Assembly (NCBI GenBank): GCA_977017645.1
Contig: OZ360228.1
Coordinates: 116,188,001-116,252,000 of the forward strand
Source: Torpedo marmorata
Lineage: Eukaryota
Reading direction: 5' to 3'
Length of the DNA stretch: 64,000 nucleotides
The notes under the pieces were generated by a model. It was not told the DNA's origin. It saw nothing but the letters and a program-made list of their open reading frames with translations, and searched no databases. Position numbers and translations under genes: made by a program. Of this stretch, positions 50,586 through 63,033 are shown piece by piece. Position 1 is the stretch's first letter, and the number at the start of each line of letters is the position of its first letter.

Positions 50586-51256
50586 GTGAGAGTTAGAACC
50601 TTCAAGTTCCAGGGAGTCCATATCTCAGAAGATATTTCCTGGAGCCAGCACATCAAAGCAACCATGAAGAAAGCACAACAACACCTCTATTTTCTAAGGA
50701 GATTTGGCATGTTGTCTAATACTCTATCAAACATCTACAGGTGCGCTGTAGAAAATACACTGACAGGTTGCATCACAGTCTGGTTTGGGAATTCATATTA
50801 CCAGGAATGCAAAAGGCTCCAGAAGTTAACAAAACAGCCAGGTCCCTCACAGCTGACCTCCCATCCACTGCAGTCATCTGTGAGGTGCTGCCTTAAGATC
50901 ATAAAGAACCCTCATCACCTTGGTCACAAACTCTTCTCACTGCCACCTTCAGGCAGAAGGTACAGAAGCCTGAAGACCAGCACCTCTAGGTGCAAGGACA
51001 GTTTCTTTCCAACAGTTATCAGACTCTTGAACCTGCCTTTGGTACACTCATCATGGACTGTCTGTACTATTGCATCGCTTTTTTTTGCACTGGGATTTAT
51101 TTATTATCTATCTTATGTATTTGTTGTCCATTTTAATTTAATTCATTTAGTTTACTTTTATAGTTTCTCTTTATAAGTTCCTGTTCAGCTGCAGCAAGTA
51201 AGAATTTCGGGCATAAGTACATTGTACAACGTGCCTGATAATCAACTCATTATCAT
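50586..51256 (+). mobile_element. Rex1/Babar 3' fragment
   Basis: FKFQGVHISEDISW, KKAQQHLYFLRRF, GHKLFSLPPSGRRYRS. Confidence 0.88.
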
Positions 51257-51805
51257 TAGCATTAACACATGAGAAAGTTGATATCCAGTCTCTACTTAAT
51301 GCTCATGTTATAGTGATTTCTGTATTTTAATGTTTGAATAAAATAAGTCTTTGAATAACCTTGGGCCATAGTAGCTAATGAAAAATGGGAAACAATTATA
51401 TTGCCAGTTTCAATGAAAAAAAAACTTTTCATTAACTCTGTACAAAAATAAAAATTGTCCCAGATAAATATAAAGTATAACTTGGATATGAATGCTATCT
51501 TCTTTCACAGTTCTGAATCAATGCTATTTATTGTTGTGATATGGAAATAGTTCAAATGAGATTTCCAAAAACGTAAAGTATTTTCATCAATATTCAGCCC
51601 TCATTTGTGTCATAGTTATTTCTTATGACAAGCTTCAGTAGTATTATCCTTTCAGTTTAATGTTTCTGGTCATCTAGCCTTCCGAATACAAAAATAAAAT
51701 CAAGTACAAAAAAAGGTAGAAGAAATGAAAACAAAAATTGTTGGATACCCAGTGTCTGTGAGAGAAAAACTGATTTCACACTTCTGAGGAAAGATCATCA
51801 ATAGA

Positions 51806-52382
51806 AGTTTATAAAATCACAATAGGCTAGATAAGATGAGTTGCTACTATATTTCCCGAGGGTAAATAAGTCTACAGCTTGAGGGCATAGGGTAAAGGGG
51901 AGAGGATTTAAAGGGGGCCTTAAGCATGTTTTTCACACAGCGATGATGCATCTATGGAGAAAGCTGCCTAAAGAACTGTTAGATCCAGGTACAATTACAA
52001 TGTTTTAAAGACATTTGGGTAGGTACATAGCTAGGAAAGGTTTACAGCAGCTATTCTCAACCTTTTTTCAGCTCTGGCCCCACTAGGACTCTGCTCAAAG
52101 TTTATGGGCCCTCTTCCCTGTGAAGCTGTGAAAGTTTGGTTCTTCAATTCTTCTCTCCTACCTAAATAACTGCATAAAAAACATTTAAAAATATTTGTTA
52201 CATGAGTTGAAAAGAAAACAAAGCTTTTGCTTAAATGTGCTGTGGTCCCCGGGGCCCCCATTGAGAATCGGTGGATTAGAGTGATATGGGCCAAATGCAG
52301 GCATATGAGCTCAGGAAGTCACCTTGGTCAGCATGGACAAGTTTGATTGTGGGGCTTATTTCTGTGCTGTGTAACTCTATGA
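51806..52382 (+). mobile_element. Degenerate CR1 3' fragment containing a hAT MITE
   Basis: atagaagtttataaaatc through the tgtgctgtgtaactctatga tail. Confidence 0.7.
52048..52273. mobile_element. hAT MITE (same family as 44649-44903, opposite orientation)
   Basis: CAGCTATTCTCAAC...TTGAGAATCGGTG, shared internal sequence, and a degenerate 8-bp TSD gtttacag / gattagag. Confidence 0.8.
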
Positions 52383-53071
52383 TCGATAACTTGAAAAGTT
52401 AACAGTTTCCCCCTCCATCGATACTGCCTGGCATGGCAAGCATTTACAGAGTTTTCTGTTTTTGTTTCAAATTTCCAGCACCTGCACTTTTTTTTTGCTT
52501 TCCAATAAATGGTAAAATAACCTTTTTTTCATACATTTTCCTCTGCACTTTTCTGCTTAACAGCACCGTTACTGACTTAAAATAAGGTGGGGACAGAGGG
52601 TGAATTTTGCTGGTATCAGTAACATTTCTGTTAAGTTTCTATTTGGTTCTGGAAGGATATCGTAAAGCAATGGAATAAATTCAAGAAAACTTTAAAAAGA
52701 AAAAAAAGATTAAAAGTGCTGATTAGAGCTCAAAAGTTATATCTACATGCAGAGATTAGTGCATTGAATATGGACCTGACATCATTCTTTACTAAGGAAG
52801 GTACTTCTGGAGTGTCAGCAAAAGAGGATGCTATTGTGATACTGAATAAACTAAAGTGGAAGCAGTAGAAATGTTGGGTGTATCTAAAATGAATAAATCA
52901 TCTGACGTCATGTATCCTAGATTTCTGTAGGAAATAAGGGTGGAAACTGCAGAAGTATTCACCATGACCTTCCAACAGTCTGCAGTTACGGGAAAGGTGT
53001 CTGAGGACAGGAGAATTGCAAATGTTAAACATTTGTTCAAAAAAGGGGACAAGGAGAAACCCAGCAACTGA

Positions 53072-55859
53072 ACCTGCTGCTAAGACCATAATTGACACAG
53101 GAGTACACCACCATGAAGAACGCATACCGAGCCATACCACGACTGTACTTCGGAAAGTCTGATCAGCTGGCTCTACTTCTACTCCCGGCATACAAGCAGA
53201 AATTGAAGACCACAGCACCAGTGGTGAAGACGGCGAAAGTATGGTTGAGAGAGGCGGAGGAGCGTCTGCAGAACTGCTTTGAATCGGTGGACTGGAACAT
53301 ATTCAATACCTCATCCATACCCCTGAATGAATATGCAACAGGTGTCACCGACTTCATCAAGACCTGCGTGGATGAGTGTGTGCACACACGCACATACCAG
53401 GTGTTCCCCAACCAGAAGCCCTGGATAAATCAGAGAATTCGCAACCTGCTGAGGGCAAGAACAAGGGCGTTTAAGGCCGAGGATCGGGATCTTTACAAGA
53501 AGTCCAGGCACGACCTGCGAAGGCTGTCTCTGAAGCAAATTAGCAATTCCGGAAGAAGCTGGAGACAGATACATGCCAGATTTGGCAGGGAGTGCAGGCC
53601 GTTACAGCCTACAATGCAAGGGCGAACACTATAGACGGCTGTGATGCTTCACTACCCGATGAGCTGAACACCTTCTATGCCCGCTTTGAGAAGAAGAACC
53701 AAACAGTTCCTACTAGAATCTTTGAAAAGGCTGAGGACCCTGTGATATTTGTCTCTGAGGGCGACATCAGAACATCATTCAAGAGGGTGAGCCCTCGCAA
53801 GGTGTCAGGCCCTGACGGCGTACCTGGCAGGGTACTGAAAATCTGCGCCAACCAACTAGCCGGAGTGTTCACGGACATTTTATTCTTTTTTTTAAAATAT
53901 TTTATTTATATATTTTTTAAAGCCAAACATATCATCAATAACAAAAATAATTCATCATCAAATATAATAGTTCATATGTTGACTATTATAGTAAAAGAAA
54001 AAACAAGAAAAAAATAAAACCCACCCACCCAGTTCCCCCCAAAAAGAAAGAAAAGAAAAGAATAGACAAAGAAAAAGTTGAAATAGAGAGAAAAAAAAAG
54101 AAAACTTTGGAGGTTTGTCGTCCACTCCGCAGGCTTAAATTACTTGGCTTACTCGGATTTTAAAGAGGAAACAGACATAGGTCTTGGAGGCGAGGGGGGC
54201 CCTAGCTATAGATTTACAGCCATATATTGTAAATATGGAGTCCAAATCTTTAAAAATATATCATATTTATTTCTAAGGTTATAGGTAATCTTTTCAAGGG
54301 GAACACAACTATATATTTCCTCATTCCATGTTGTCATACCTAGATGGGAATCAGACTTCCATGTGACCGCTATACATTTCCTGGCCACCGCCAATGCAAC
54401 CTCTACAAACTTTATTTGAAATTTTGACAGACTCATCTTAGGTCTTACGCCGGAGATATTGACGGACATTTTCAACCTCTCATTGCGGCAGTCAGAGGTT
54501 CCCACCTGCTTCAAAAGGGCATCAATCATCCCAATACCCAAGAAGAGTAGTGTGAGCTGCCTCAATGACTACCGCCCAGTAGCACTAACTTCTACTGTGA
54601 TGAAATGCTTTGAGAGGCTGGTCATGGACAGAATTAACACGTACCTAAGCAAAGATCTGGACCCACTGCAATTAAAAATTAAAACAGCAGCCTCTGTCCT
54701 CAAAGACCCCCACCACCCAGGCCATGCCCTCTTCACTCTGCTACCATCAGGAAAAAGGTACAGGAGCCTAAAGACGAGCACTCAACGGCATATGGACAGC
54801 TTCTTCCCCGCTGCCATCAGATTCCTGAATAATCAATGAACCAAAGACACTGCCTTACTTTTCGTGCACTATTATTTATATTTTTTATAGTAATGTCGTA
54901 AGATGGTTATAATATAAATGTTTGCACAATGATGCTGCCGCAAAACACTAAATTTCATGACTTGTTCATGACAATAAATTCTAATTCTGATGACTGTGGC
55001 CAGGCACAATTCCAATGCCATCTACAAGTTTGTCGATGACACCACAGTTGTCAGCAGAATCACAAACGGCAATGAGGAAGCGTAAAGGAGGGAGATAGAT
55101 CAGCTCATTGAATGGTGTAATGACAACAACCTTGCGCTCAATGTCAGCAAAACCAAGGAAATGATTGTGGACTTCAGGAGGAAGTCAGGGGAACATGACC
55201 CAGTCCTCATCGAGGGCTCAGTTGTGGAGAGGGTCAAGAACTTCAAATTCCTGGGTGTCAACATCTCCGAAGATCTGTACTGGAGCCTCCACGTTGATGC
55301 AATCACAAAGAAGGCTCGCCAGCGGCTATACTTTGTGAGATGTCTGAGGAGATTCGGTATGTCACCGAAGACTCTCGTAAACTTCTACAGGTGTACCGTG
55401 GAGAGCATTCTGGCTGGTCGCATCACTGCCTGATATGGAGGTGCCAACTCTCAGGACAAGAATAAACTCCAGAGGGTTGTCAACTCGGCCTGTGACATCA
55501 CAGGCACCAGACTTCACTCCATCGAGGACATCTACATGAGGCGGTGTCTTAAAAAAGCAGCCTCTATCTCAAAGAACCCCACCACCCAGGCCATGCTCTC
55601 TTCGCTCTGCTCCCATCGGGAAAAAGGTACAGGAGCCTTAAGATGAGCACTCAACGGCACAAGGACAGCTTCTTCCCCGCTGCCATCAGATTCCTAAATA
55701 ATCAATGAACCAAAGACACTGCCTTACTTTTCGTGCACTATTTTGTATATATATTTTTATAGTAATGTCGTAAGATGGCTATAATATGAGTGTTTGCACT
55801 ATGATTCTGCCGCAAAACACCGAATTTCATGACAATAAATTCTGATTCTGATTCTGATT
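53072..55859 (+). mobile_element. Rex1/Babar LINE, 5'-truncated, with a nested L1 fragment and an internal extra 3' end
   Basis: [40 protein letters not shown], and (TTCTGA)n tail at 55840-55859. Confidence 0.92.
53882..54461 (-). mobile_element. Short L1 3' fragment (different subfamily)
   Basis: ALAVARKCIAVTWKSD...PLEKITYNLRNKYDIFLKIWTPY. TSD acggacatttt at 53871-53881 and 54462-54472. Confidence 0.9.
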
Positions 55860-57849
55860 GACAGTTCCAAGACAATGTGGTTTAAGTACCTTGGAAATTA
55901 TCTAAGTGAATGCTTGCAAAGTGATCCTGCCTTTGTGTCCAAGTCTCAATCACAAAGATAACTCATGATAGGAAGTTCCCAGTCAAATTTTCCAAAGTGA
56001 CTCTGAAATGGTTGTTATTGAACTTTAGTCAGGAAAACAAGGTTATGAATTGCACAATGCTTGAAAAATGGCATTTGGCAATTGGATTTCTAAGCAGGTG
56101 ACTTGGCGTTTGTAAAACTTGAAACAAAGGATATCTCTCCAGGGAGGAAAAGGATGCAAAGACCAATGTTTTTCTTCCCTTAGGAAATTCATGCAAATAT
56201 TTCATACACATATGGTAAGATAATTAGTTGGTTCATCTTAATTAATTAAGGTTGGGCCTTAAATGTTGGCATTCTCGGCAACACCTACATCCTGTAAGTT
56301 CATTTTTAAAATGAATTTCTGGCACTTCTGGCAATATGATGATTCAGTTAATAGGGTGGAACTGAGAGAGAACAATCCTCGTGTTGTTCCAACGTGTGTA
56401 ATCATGCAAGTCAAAATGAGGCTTGCTCTGATAACTAGATATTTGATCGTTTTGTTCAAAGAGACTATTCCACCATTATTACCCATGTGTGTTCTGCTAT
56501 ACAACTGTTTCCCTTCCTGGAATTTGTTGTGATCATATCAGAGTTTATTTTGATAAAGAGACCATCTTGTACTTCAAACCATTTAAAGCATAAGTCCTAT
56601 AACTGATGCTAAATTGAAACAACACAATGCATTCACATCTCATGTGCTCTGAGAACTTAGACAATGGTTCAAGTATGTAACATGGCCTTTGCTTGGAGTT
56701 CAAACGTGAATACCATCAGAGAGATTACACTTCAGTCAAGATTAGTTGACATACCAGGATCAGAAATTATATACAGTGTGATGGACATCAATGCAAAATA
56801 ATTTGGTACAGTGAAATTATGTGCTTAGGTTGGAATTATGTTCAGAAAAGGAATGCTTTTATCAAGAGTTAGTTGTATTATATCTTCACCATATATTAAG
56901 GAAAACAAGGCAAGGTCGTGTTTGTTTTACCAAGGTTGCAGTTGAGGCCAAGCAGCTAGTGCAGCTGGATGAGTGTGTGATTTTTAAAAAATTCTCAAAG
57001 TTTAACTCTTTCCTTTCATTATGGGTTTCTTTCCATTAATTCCCCATTTGCGTCAAACGCTGTTTGTGATTTGGGAAAATCAGTGATAAATATTCCAGGG
57101 GATAGCCTTGAATTTTATACTATTTGTATTTAAAATGACGCTTCATTTTTTAAAGGCTCTTTGGTGAATCCTTTGTCTTTTCCAAGTAAGTATGAAAATC
57201 CCCTGAAGGTGACATTTTGCTGCAATAAAAGTGCATGTGCAAATATTCCTTACTCTAACCATGGGCAATGCTGAGAATACTGGGAAACATGAAGTGGCTT
57301 GCTGGAACATGCATACTTTGTTCATTCAAATGTGTAAGTACACAGTGCATGTGTAAATGTGTCAAATATATAAATTACACCTTTTCAAATTACAAACATA
57401 TGAATCCATCAACACCAAATTGGGTGCACTGACATTTTTTCTTCTTCAGAAGAAGAAATATTTTGCCAAATGCCAAAGGGCTCTTTCTTTTCAGTACATT
57501 GATATTAACTGGGAACAAATGTGGCTCTGTTGCAATACCAAAGCCACTTTTTTTCTTGTTCCATATGTCCAAATTTTAACTTTGAAATGAAGTAAGTCTT
57601 TAATCATTCAAATAGTTTTCAAATAATAGTAGAAAATTTCTTGAGTGCAGTACATATTTACAAACCAAAGGTGTAACGTTCTGTTATTCCAGCCAAGGGG
57701 GTACAAATTAACCAGTGTTCCTTTTCCCTTGTCAAGTATGATATATTGGCATAAACTTGTCAGAATGATGCAGGAAATCCTTTAGGCAATCATTGATCGT
57801 TGTCCACAAGAAAACGTATTGCATCTCTCGAAGGTGATAGAAGAGCTAA

Positions 57850-58530
57850 TGTTGAATTTACTGCTTTTGATGCTAGATCTCAGTCCAATGCTCCCAATAC
57901 AATGGACATTGAGAATCTAGTTGCTTGGTTCAGAACAACAATCTTGCTCTCAATGTCACCAAGACCAAATAGCTTATTGTCCATCTTAGGAAGTAGAGGC
58001 TGAGTCACCACACACCTGTTTGCATTGATGGGACTGAGGTGGAAAGGGATAGAACCTTCAAGTTCCAGGGAGTCCACATTTCAGAAGACCGCTACTGGAG
58101 CCAGCACATCAAGGCAACTGTGAAGAAGGCACACCATTGCTTCTACTTTCTAAGGAGTCTGGGGAGATTTAGCATGTCATTGAATATTAAATGTCTACAG
58201 GTGTACTGTGGAAAGTATACTGATTGGTTGCATCACAGCCTGATTGGGGAATTCTAATGACCATGAATGCAGAAGACTGCACAAGGTAGCAAATGTAGCC
58301 AGTTCCATCGCAGACTCCTATCCACTGCAGACATCTGTGTGAGGCACTGCCTCAAGAAGACAGCCAGCATCATAAAGTATCTCCATCAACCTGGTCACAA
58401 CCTTTTCTCACTGCTACCTTCGGGCAAAAGGTGCAGAAGCCTGAAGTCTAGCACCTTTAAGTTAAAGAACAGTTTATTTCCAACAGCTATCAGGCTCTTT
58501 CCCTGTTACGTTAATCATGGACGGCTCCAA
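57850..58530 (+). mobile_element. Degenerate Rex1/Babar 3' fragment (3'UTR continues after 60190)
   Basis: FKFQGVHISED and GHNLFSLLPSGKRCRS. UTR end gacaataaactcattatcatt at about 60598-60618. Confidence 0.8.
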
Positions 58531-58538
58531 CACCACAA

Positions 58539-60181
58539 GGGCAGACCCATTGTTTCTGCCTGCTCCTGCCCAACCGAACTAGTTTCATCTTACCTTGACT
58601 CCATCTTTTCTCCCCTGGTCCAATCCCTCCCCACCTATATCCGTGACACCTCACATGCCCTCCATCTCCTCAATGACTTCAGATTCCCTGAACCGGACCG
58701 CATCATCTTCACCATGGATGTCCAATCCCTTTATACCTCTATCCTCCACACAGAAGGTCTGGAAGCACTTCACTTCTTCCTGGACCAAAGACCCGACCAG
58801 TCACCCTCTACCACCACCCTCCTCCGCCTGGCTGAACTTGTCCTCACTCTCAATAACTTCTCCTTCAACTCATCCCACTTCCTCCAAATCAAAGGAGTAG
58901 CCATGGGTACCCGCATGGATCCCAGCTACGCCTGCCTGTTTGTGGGCTTTGTGGAGCAATCCATGCTGCAAGCCTACACAGGCAAGACCCCTCATCTCTT
59001 CCTCCGGTATATCGACGACTACATTGGGGCTGCCTCATGCACCCGCAATGAGCTTGTCAACTTCATCCACTTCGCATCCAACTTCCACCACGATCTCAAA
59101 CTCACCTGGTCCATCTCTGATAACACTCTCCCCTTCTTGAATCTCTCTGTCTCCATCTCAGGAGACAAGCTTTCCACCGACATTTACTACAAACCCTCCA
59201 ACTCCCACAACTATCTGGACTACACTTCCTCACACCCTGTCCCCTGCAAGGATTCCATCCCCTTCTCTCAATGTCTCCGCCGCATCTGTTCCCAAGATGA
59301 GGTGTTCCATTCCAGATCTTCTGAAATGTCTGCCTTTTTCCACAAACGTGGCTTCCCCTCCACCACCATCAACTCAGCCCTCACCCGCATCTCCTCCATT
59401 TCCCGCTCATCTGCCCTGGCCCCCTCTGCCCCCAGATGCAACAAACATAGAATCCCCCTCATCCTCACCTACCACCCCACCAGCCTCCGCATCCAACACA
59501 TTATCCGCCGGAATTTCTGGCACTTACTACAGGATCCCACCACCAGACACATTCAGAGAACTTATTTACTGCATCTGGTGCTCCCTTTGTGACTTTCTCT
59601 ACATCGGAGAGACCGGTCGTAGATTGGGAGATCGCTTTGCTGAGCACCTCCTCTCCATCTGCAACAATAGCAACCTCCCAGTAGCCAACCATTTCAATTC
59701 CGGGTCTCACTTCCACACTCACATGTCTGTCCATGGCCTTATGTACTATCCCACCCAGACTACCCGCAAATTGGAGGAACAACATCTCAATTTCCGTCTA
59801 TGCCCTCTCCAGCCAGATGGCATTAACATTGACTTTTCTGCTTTCCACTAAACCTGCTTGTCGTTTCCTTCCCCTCCCCCCTCACCTGTCCTTCCTGTTT
59901 TTTTCCACCCACCCAGCCATCCCTCCTCCCCCTCTTTGCTGCTGTCCCCTCCCTCCTTTCTCCACCTATCATCTCCTGCCTTTGCCACCCCCCTTCCCCC
60001 CCTCACTCTTTTGTTCGGATGCCTGCCGGCATTTTCTCATACTTTGATGAAGGGCTCAAGCCTGAAACGTCGGTTATGTATTTCTACCTTTGCTACATAA
60101 AAGACACTGTTTGACCTGCTGAATTTCTCCAGCATTTGTGTTTTTTACTTCAACCACGGTGTCTACAGATTTTCATGTTTT
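58539..60181 (+). mobile_element. 5'-truncated Penelope-like element (RT, GIY-YIG, pLTR) with an internal deletion near 59550
   Basis: GRPIVS, MDVQSLYT, GVAMGT, RYIDD and LIYCIWCSLCDFLYIGETGR. Same family as 44959-46604. Possible short TSD accacaa. Confidence 0.93.
60038..60078 (+). ncRNA. Minimal hammerhead ribozyme motif (Penelope pLTR)
   Basis: catact-TTGATGA-agggctcaagcct-GAAAC-GTC-ggttatg, with G-U in place of G-C closing stem II. Confidence 0.7.
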
Positions 60182-60305
60182 ACCACAAAAGGACTGATGG
60201 CCCTATTGCAAAGTCACTTTTTTTGCACTAGGATAACTGTGAATATTTATTTATTATTTATTTATCTTTTGTATTTATTGTCTCTTTTTTATTCCATTAA
60301 TGGAT

Positions 60306-60512
60306 AGCGCAACGCTGTTACAGTGCCAGCAATCAAGACCGGGTTTCGAATCCTGAGCTGTCTGTTAGGAGTTTGTATGTTCTCCCCGTGTCTGCGTGGG
60401 TTTCCTCCAGGGGCTCCGGTTTCCTCCCACCGTTCCAGTGGTTGTAGGTTAATTGGACGGCACGGGCTCGTGGGCCGAAATGGCCTGTTACCGTACTGCA
60501 TGTATATCTAAG
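60306..60512 (+). mobile_element. V-SINE (HE1-like)
   Basis: Same V-domain and tail as the other copies. Confidence 0.87.
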
Positions 60513-60789
60513 AATACTATTGTAGTAATTTTTTTAAACAAATTACCTGTTTGGCTGCAGCAATAAGAATTTCGGTGCATATATATAAAATGTATATGAC
60601 AATAAACTCATTATCATTACAACAGCACTTGTATTAAGTAATTTGATTGGAGGAATTGCCTCCTACTTTACTAGACTATAATCATCAGATGTCAATGTTG
60701 TTAAATTTGATCACAATGTTGGGTTTTGTAACATCATGTTAACCTGATGACAGGTTGAAATTCCCAGAGGGCATGCCATTGTTAAAACA

Positions 60790-61090
60790 GTTTTTTTTCT
60801 CCAAAATATACTTTATTCACAATAAATCTATATACAACAGAAAACTGTGCAAATTTTTTTCGTATCATTAGTACTTTGTTACATTGATCCTCAAATTTGC
60901 TACATCGCACTGTTGCATCAAATGCGTCCCTTTGTAGTTGCTCCCCCTCTGTTGTTTGAAGGGCTTCTCCTCCGGTCTCAGCCCCTCAATGTCCTTCCCC
61001 ACAAAACCTCGCGTTGGCTGCACCGACCATCAGTGCATCCTTCAGCACGTACTCCTGCAGCATGGAATGTGCCAGTCGGAAACATTCCTT
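60790..61090 (-). mobile_element. Tx1-like LINE extreme 3' fragment
   Basis: The minus strand reads ECFRLAHSMLQEYVLKDALMVGAANAR, followed by AATAAA and an A tail (T-run at 60791). Confidence 0.6.
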
Positions 61091-62137
61091 CAACGTAATA
61101 ACAAGGTCCAATAACTTGCAAAAGGAGAGCAGTTAAGGCCAATAGGAATGACGAATATAGTTGTTCACAGTTAACTTGAGAGGAGTTAACAATGTTTTTT
61201 ATCTTCGGGGCACAGAGGCCTTTGGGGTAATAATTCAACTATGCTCTCTGGTGCCACAAACTTCAATGGAATTGAATGTGTGGGAGTGATCGTAATGGAC
61301 TGCAGATACACGCATGGCATTTTAGACAGTGACCAATGACGCATTTCTGTCCCTACAATCTCTAAATTTTATGTTGCTTCAAGGATACCCTCAGACACGT
61401 GAACATTTGTCTAATTACACCGAAAGCAGTAAAGCTTTTAAGAACAACTGTTTGAGGCTTTCATTCCTGTTTTCCTTTTGAAACGTGGACATAAGAATGA
61501 TTCATATCATGACCTTAATGCATACTGCTGTGTTCTAATCCATTTAATGTCTGTCTAATACTGCAGGCACCTGCTTTATCTCAAAAGGAGCACTCAGCCT
61601 CTTGGAATTTCTCACAGACACATCGGTTTCACAATTCTCATGCCTCTTGATCATTTAACTTCAGCTGTTATCACTGAGTTACACTGAAAAGTGTTGTGTA
61701 AAATGTTTTCTGTCAAGGGTATCTCAAACTGTGAGATGTGCGTGAAAAAATAACAAACTGGACCACCTCATTTCTTATTTCTTCCTTTTTTCAGGTCAGC
61801 AATAAAGAAAGAGACTGTTAATGTTTGCTTGACAACACTTGCCCTGCCCCTGAGAAGAACTAAATGGACATGTTCAATCTTTGTTCAGGGGTATTGCACA
61901 CATGGTAAATTTGTCTGCAAGAGGATGTGAAGATAGGACCTGATTAAATCGATGGGTCTTATATTCTATGAAGCAAAATTGTATTTAAATATTTGCATTA
62001 AATATACAAGCAGGGACATGCACAAAGGAATTTATTCAAGGGTGGTTCAGTAAAATTTATTTTTTTATATTTTTTTCTCCCCTGGGGTTAAAGAATATAC
62101 TTTTATTTAAGTCAAAGTCAATTTCTCTTTGTAACAG

Positions 62138-62368
62138 ATTTAGACGTACAGTAAAGTAACAGACTCTTCTGGCCCACAAGCCCGTGCCGCCCGAATACAC
62201 CCAGTTAACCGACAACCCCATACATTTTGGAGGGTTGGAGGAAACCGGAGCACTCGGGGAAAACCCATGCAGACACGGGGAGAATGTACAAACTCCTTAC
62301 AGACAGTGGCGGATTCGAACCAGGGATACTGCCGCTGTAGTAGCATTACGCTGGCCGCTACGCTAACT
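62138..62368 (-). mobile_element. V-SINE (HE1-like)
   Basis: Reverse complement of the SINE family, with B-box ggttcgaatcc. Confidence 0.87.
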
Positions 62369-62463
62369 GAGCTTATGTTGACAATGCTTATAATCAAAGA
62401 GGAATCAATAGAAGCACTATGTTAAATGATTTTTTTTTAGATTTGCCAGATCATCCATGATAT

Positions 62464-63030
62464 TATTTTTTTAAAATATTTTATTTTAAATTATGAATTT
62501 TCTCACAGTAGTACAACATGCGTAATATACATTATTAATTCCAGTAAATGAAAAACATAGTTTGTATTACAGTGTATCTAACCCATCCCTTAACCCACCC
62601 TCTATAATACTGCTACCCCACCCTCCACCCTTCCCCTCCCTTTAATTCCATCCCCTTACTAAAAACTAAAAGAAAACAGAAAGGAAGTCATTGGTATTAC
62701 TTATTAAAAACATCTGCACGGATCGCTGCTGGGTCCACGATTCGACGCGAGGCATTCAACAATATTTATTCTTTAAATTTGAGAGAGTCAACAGGGTCTA
62801 GGATGTAGAGCAACACATTTAAATATTCATACCTAATGATTGGATATATGGTCGCCAAATTTGCAAAAATATCCCATATTTGTTTCTCATGTTAGATGGT
62901 ATTTTTTCCAATGGAATACAACTTCGCATCTCTATATTCCATCTATCTATGCCTAAATTTGTATCTGATGTCCAAGTTACTGCTATACACTTCCTTGCTA
63001 CTGCTAAAGCAATTTTTAAAAATTTCAGTT
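62464..63030 (-). mobile_element. L1 3' end (ORF2 C-terminus and 3'UTR)
   Basis: The minus strand encodes AVARKCIAVTWTSD...RSCIPLEKI. G-rich UTR, AATAAA and A tail. Confidence 0.88.
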
Positions 63031-63033
63031 GAT

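Noticed and set aside
58267-59592. 441-aa ORF as a novel fusion protein
   Set aside because: Chance in-frame junction of a decayed Rex1 3' end with a truncated Penelope RT.
61795-61904. Possible host exon (strong polypyrimidine tract plus cag; atg/gtaaat donor; one open frame)
   Set aside because: No recognisable protein, a mediocre donor and no partner exons. Unsupported without RNA-seq.
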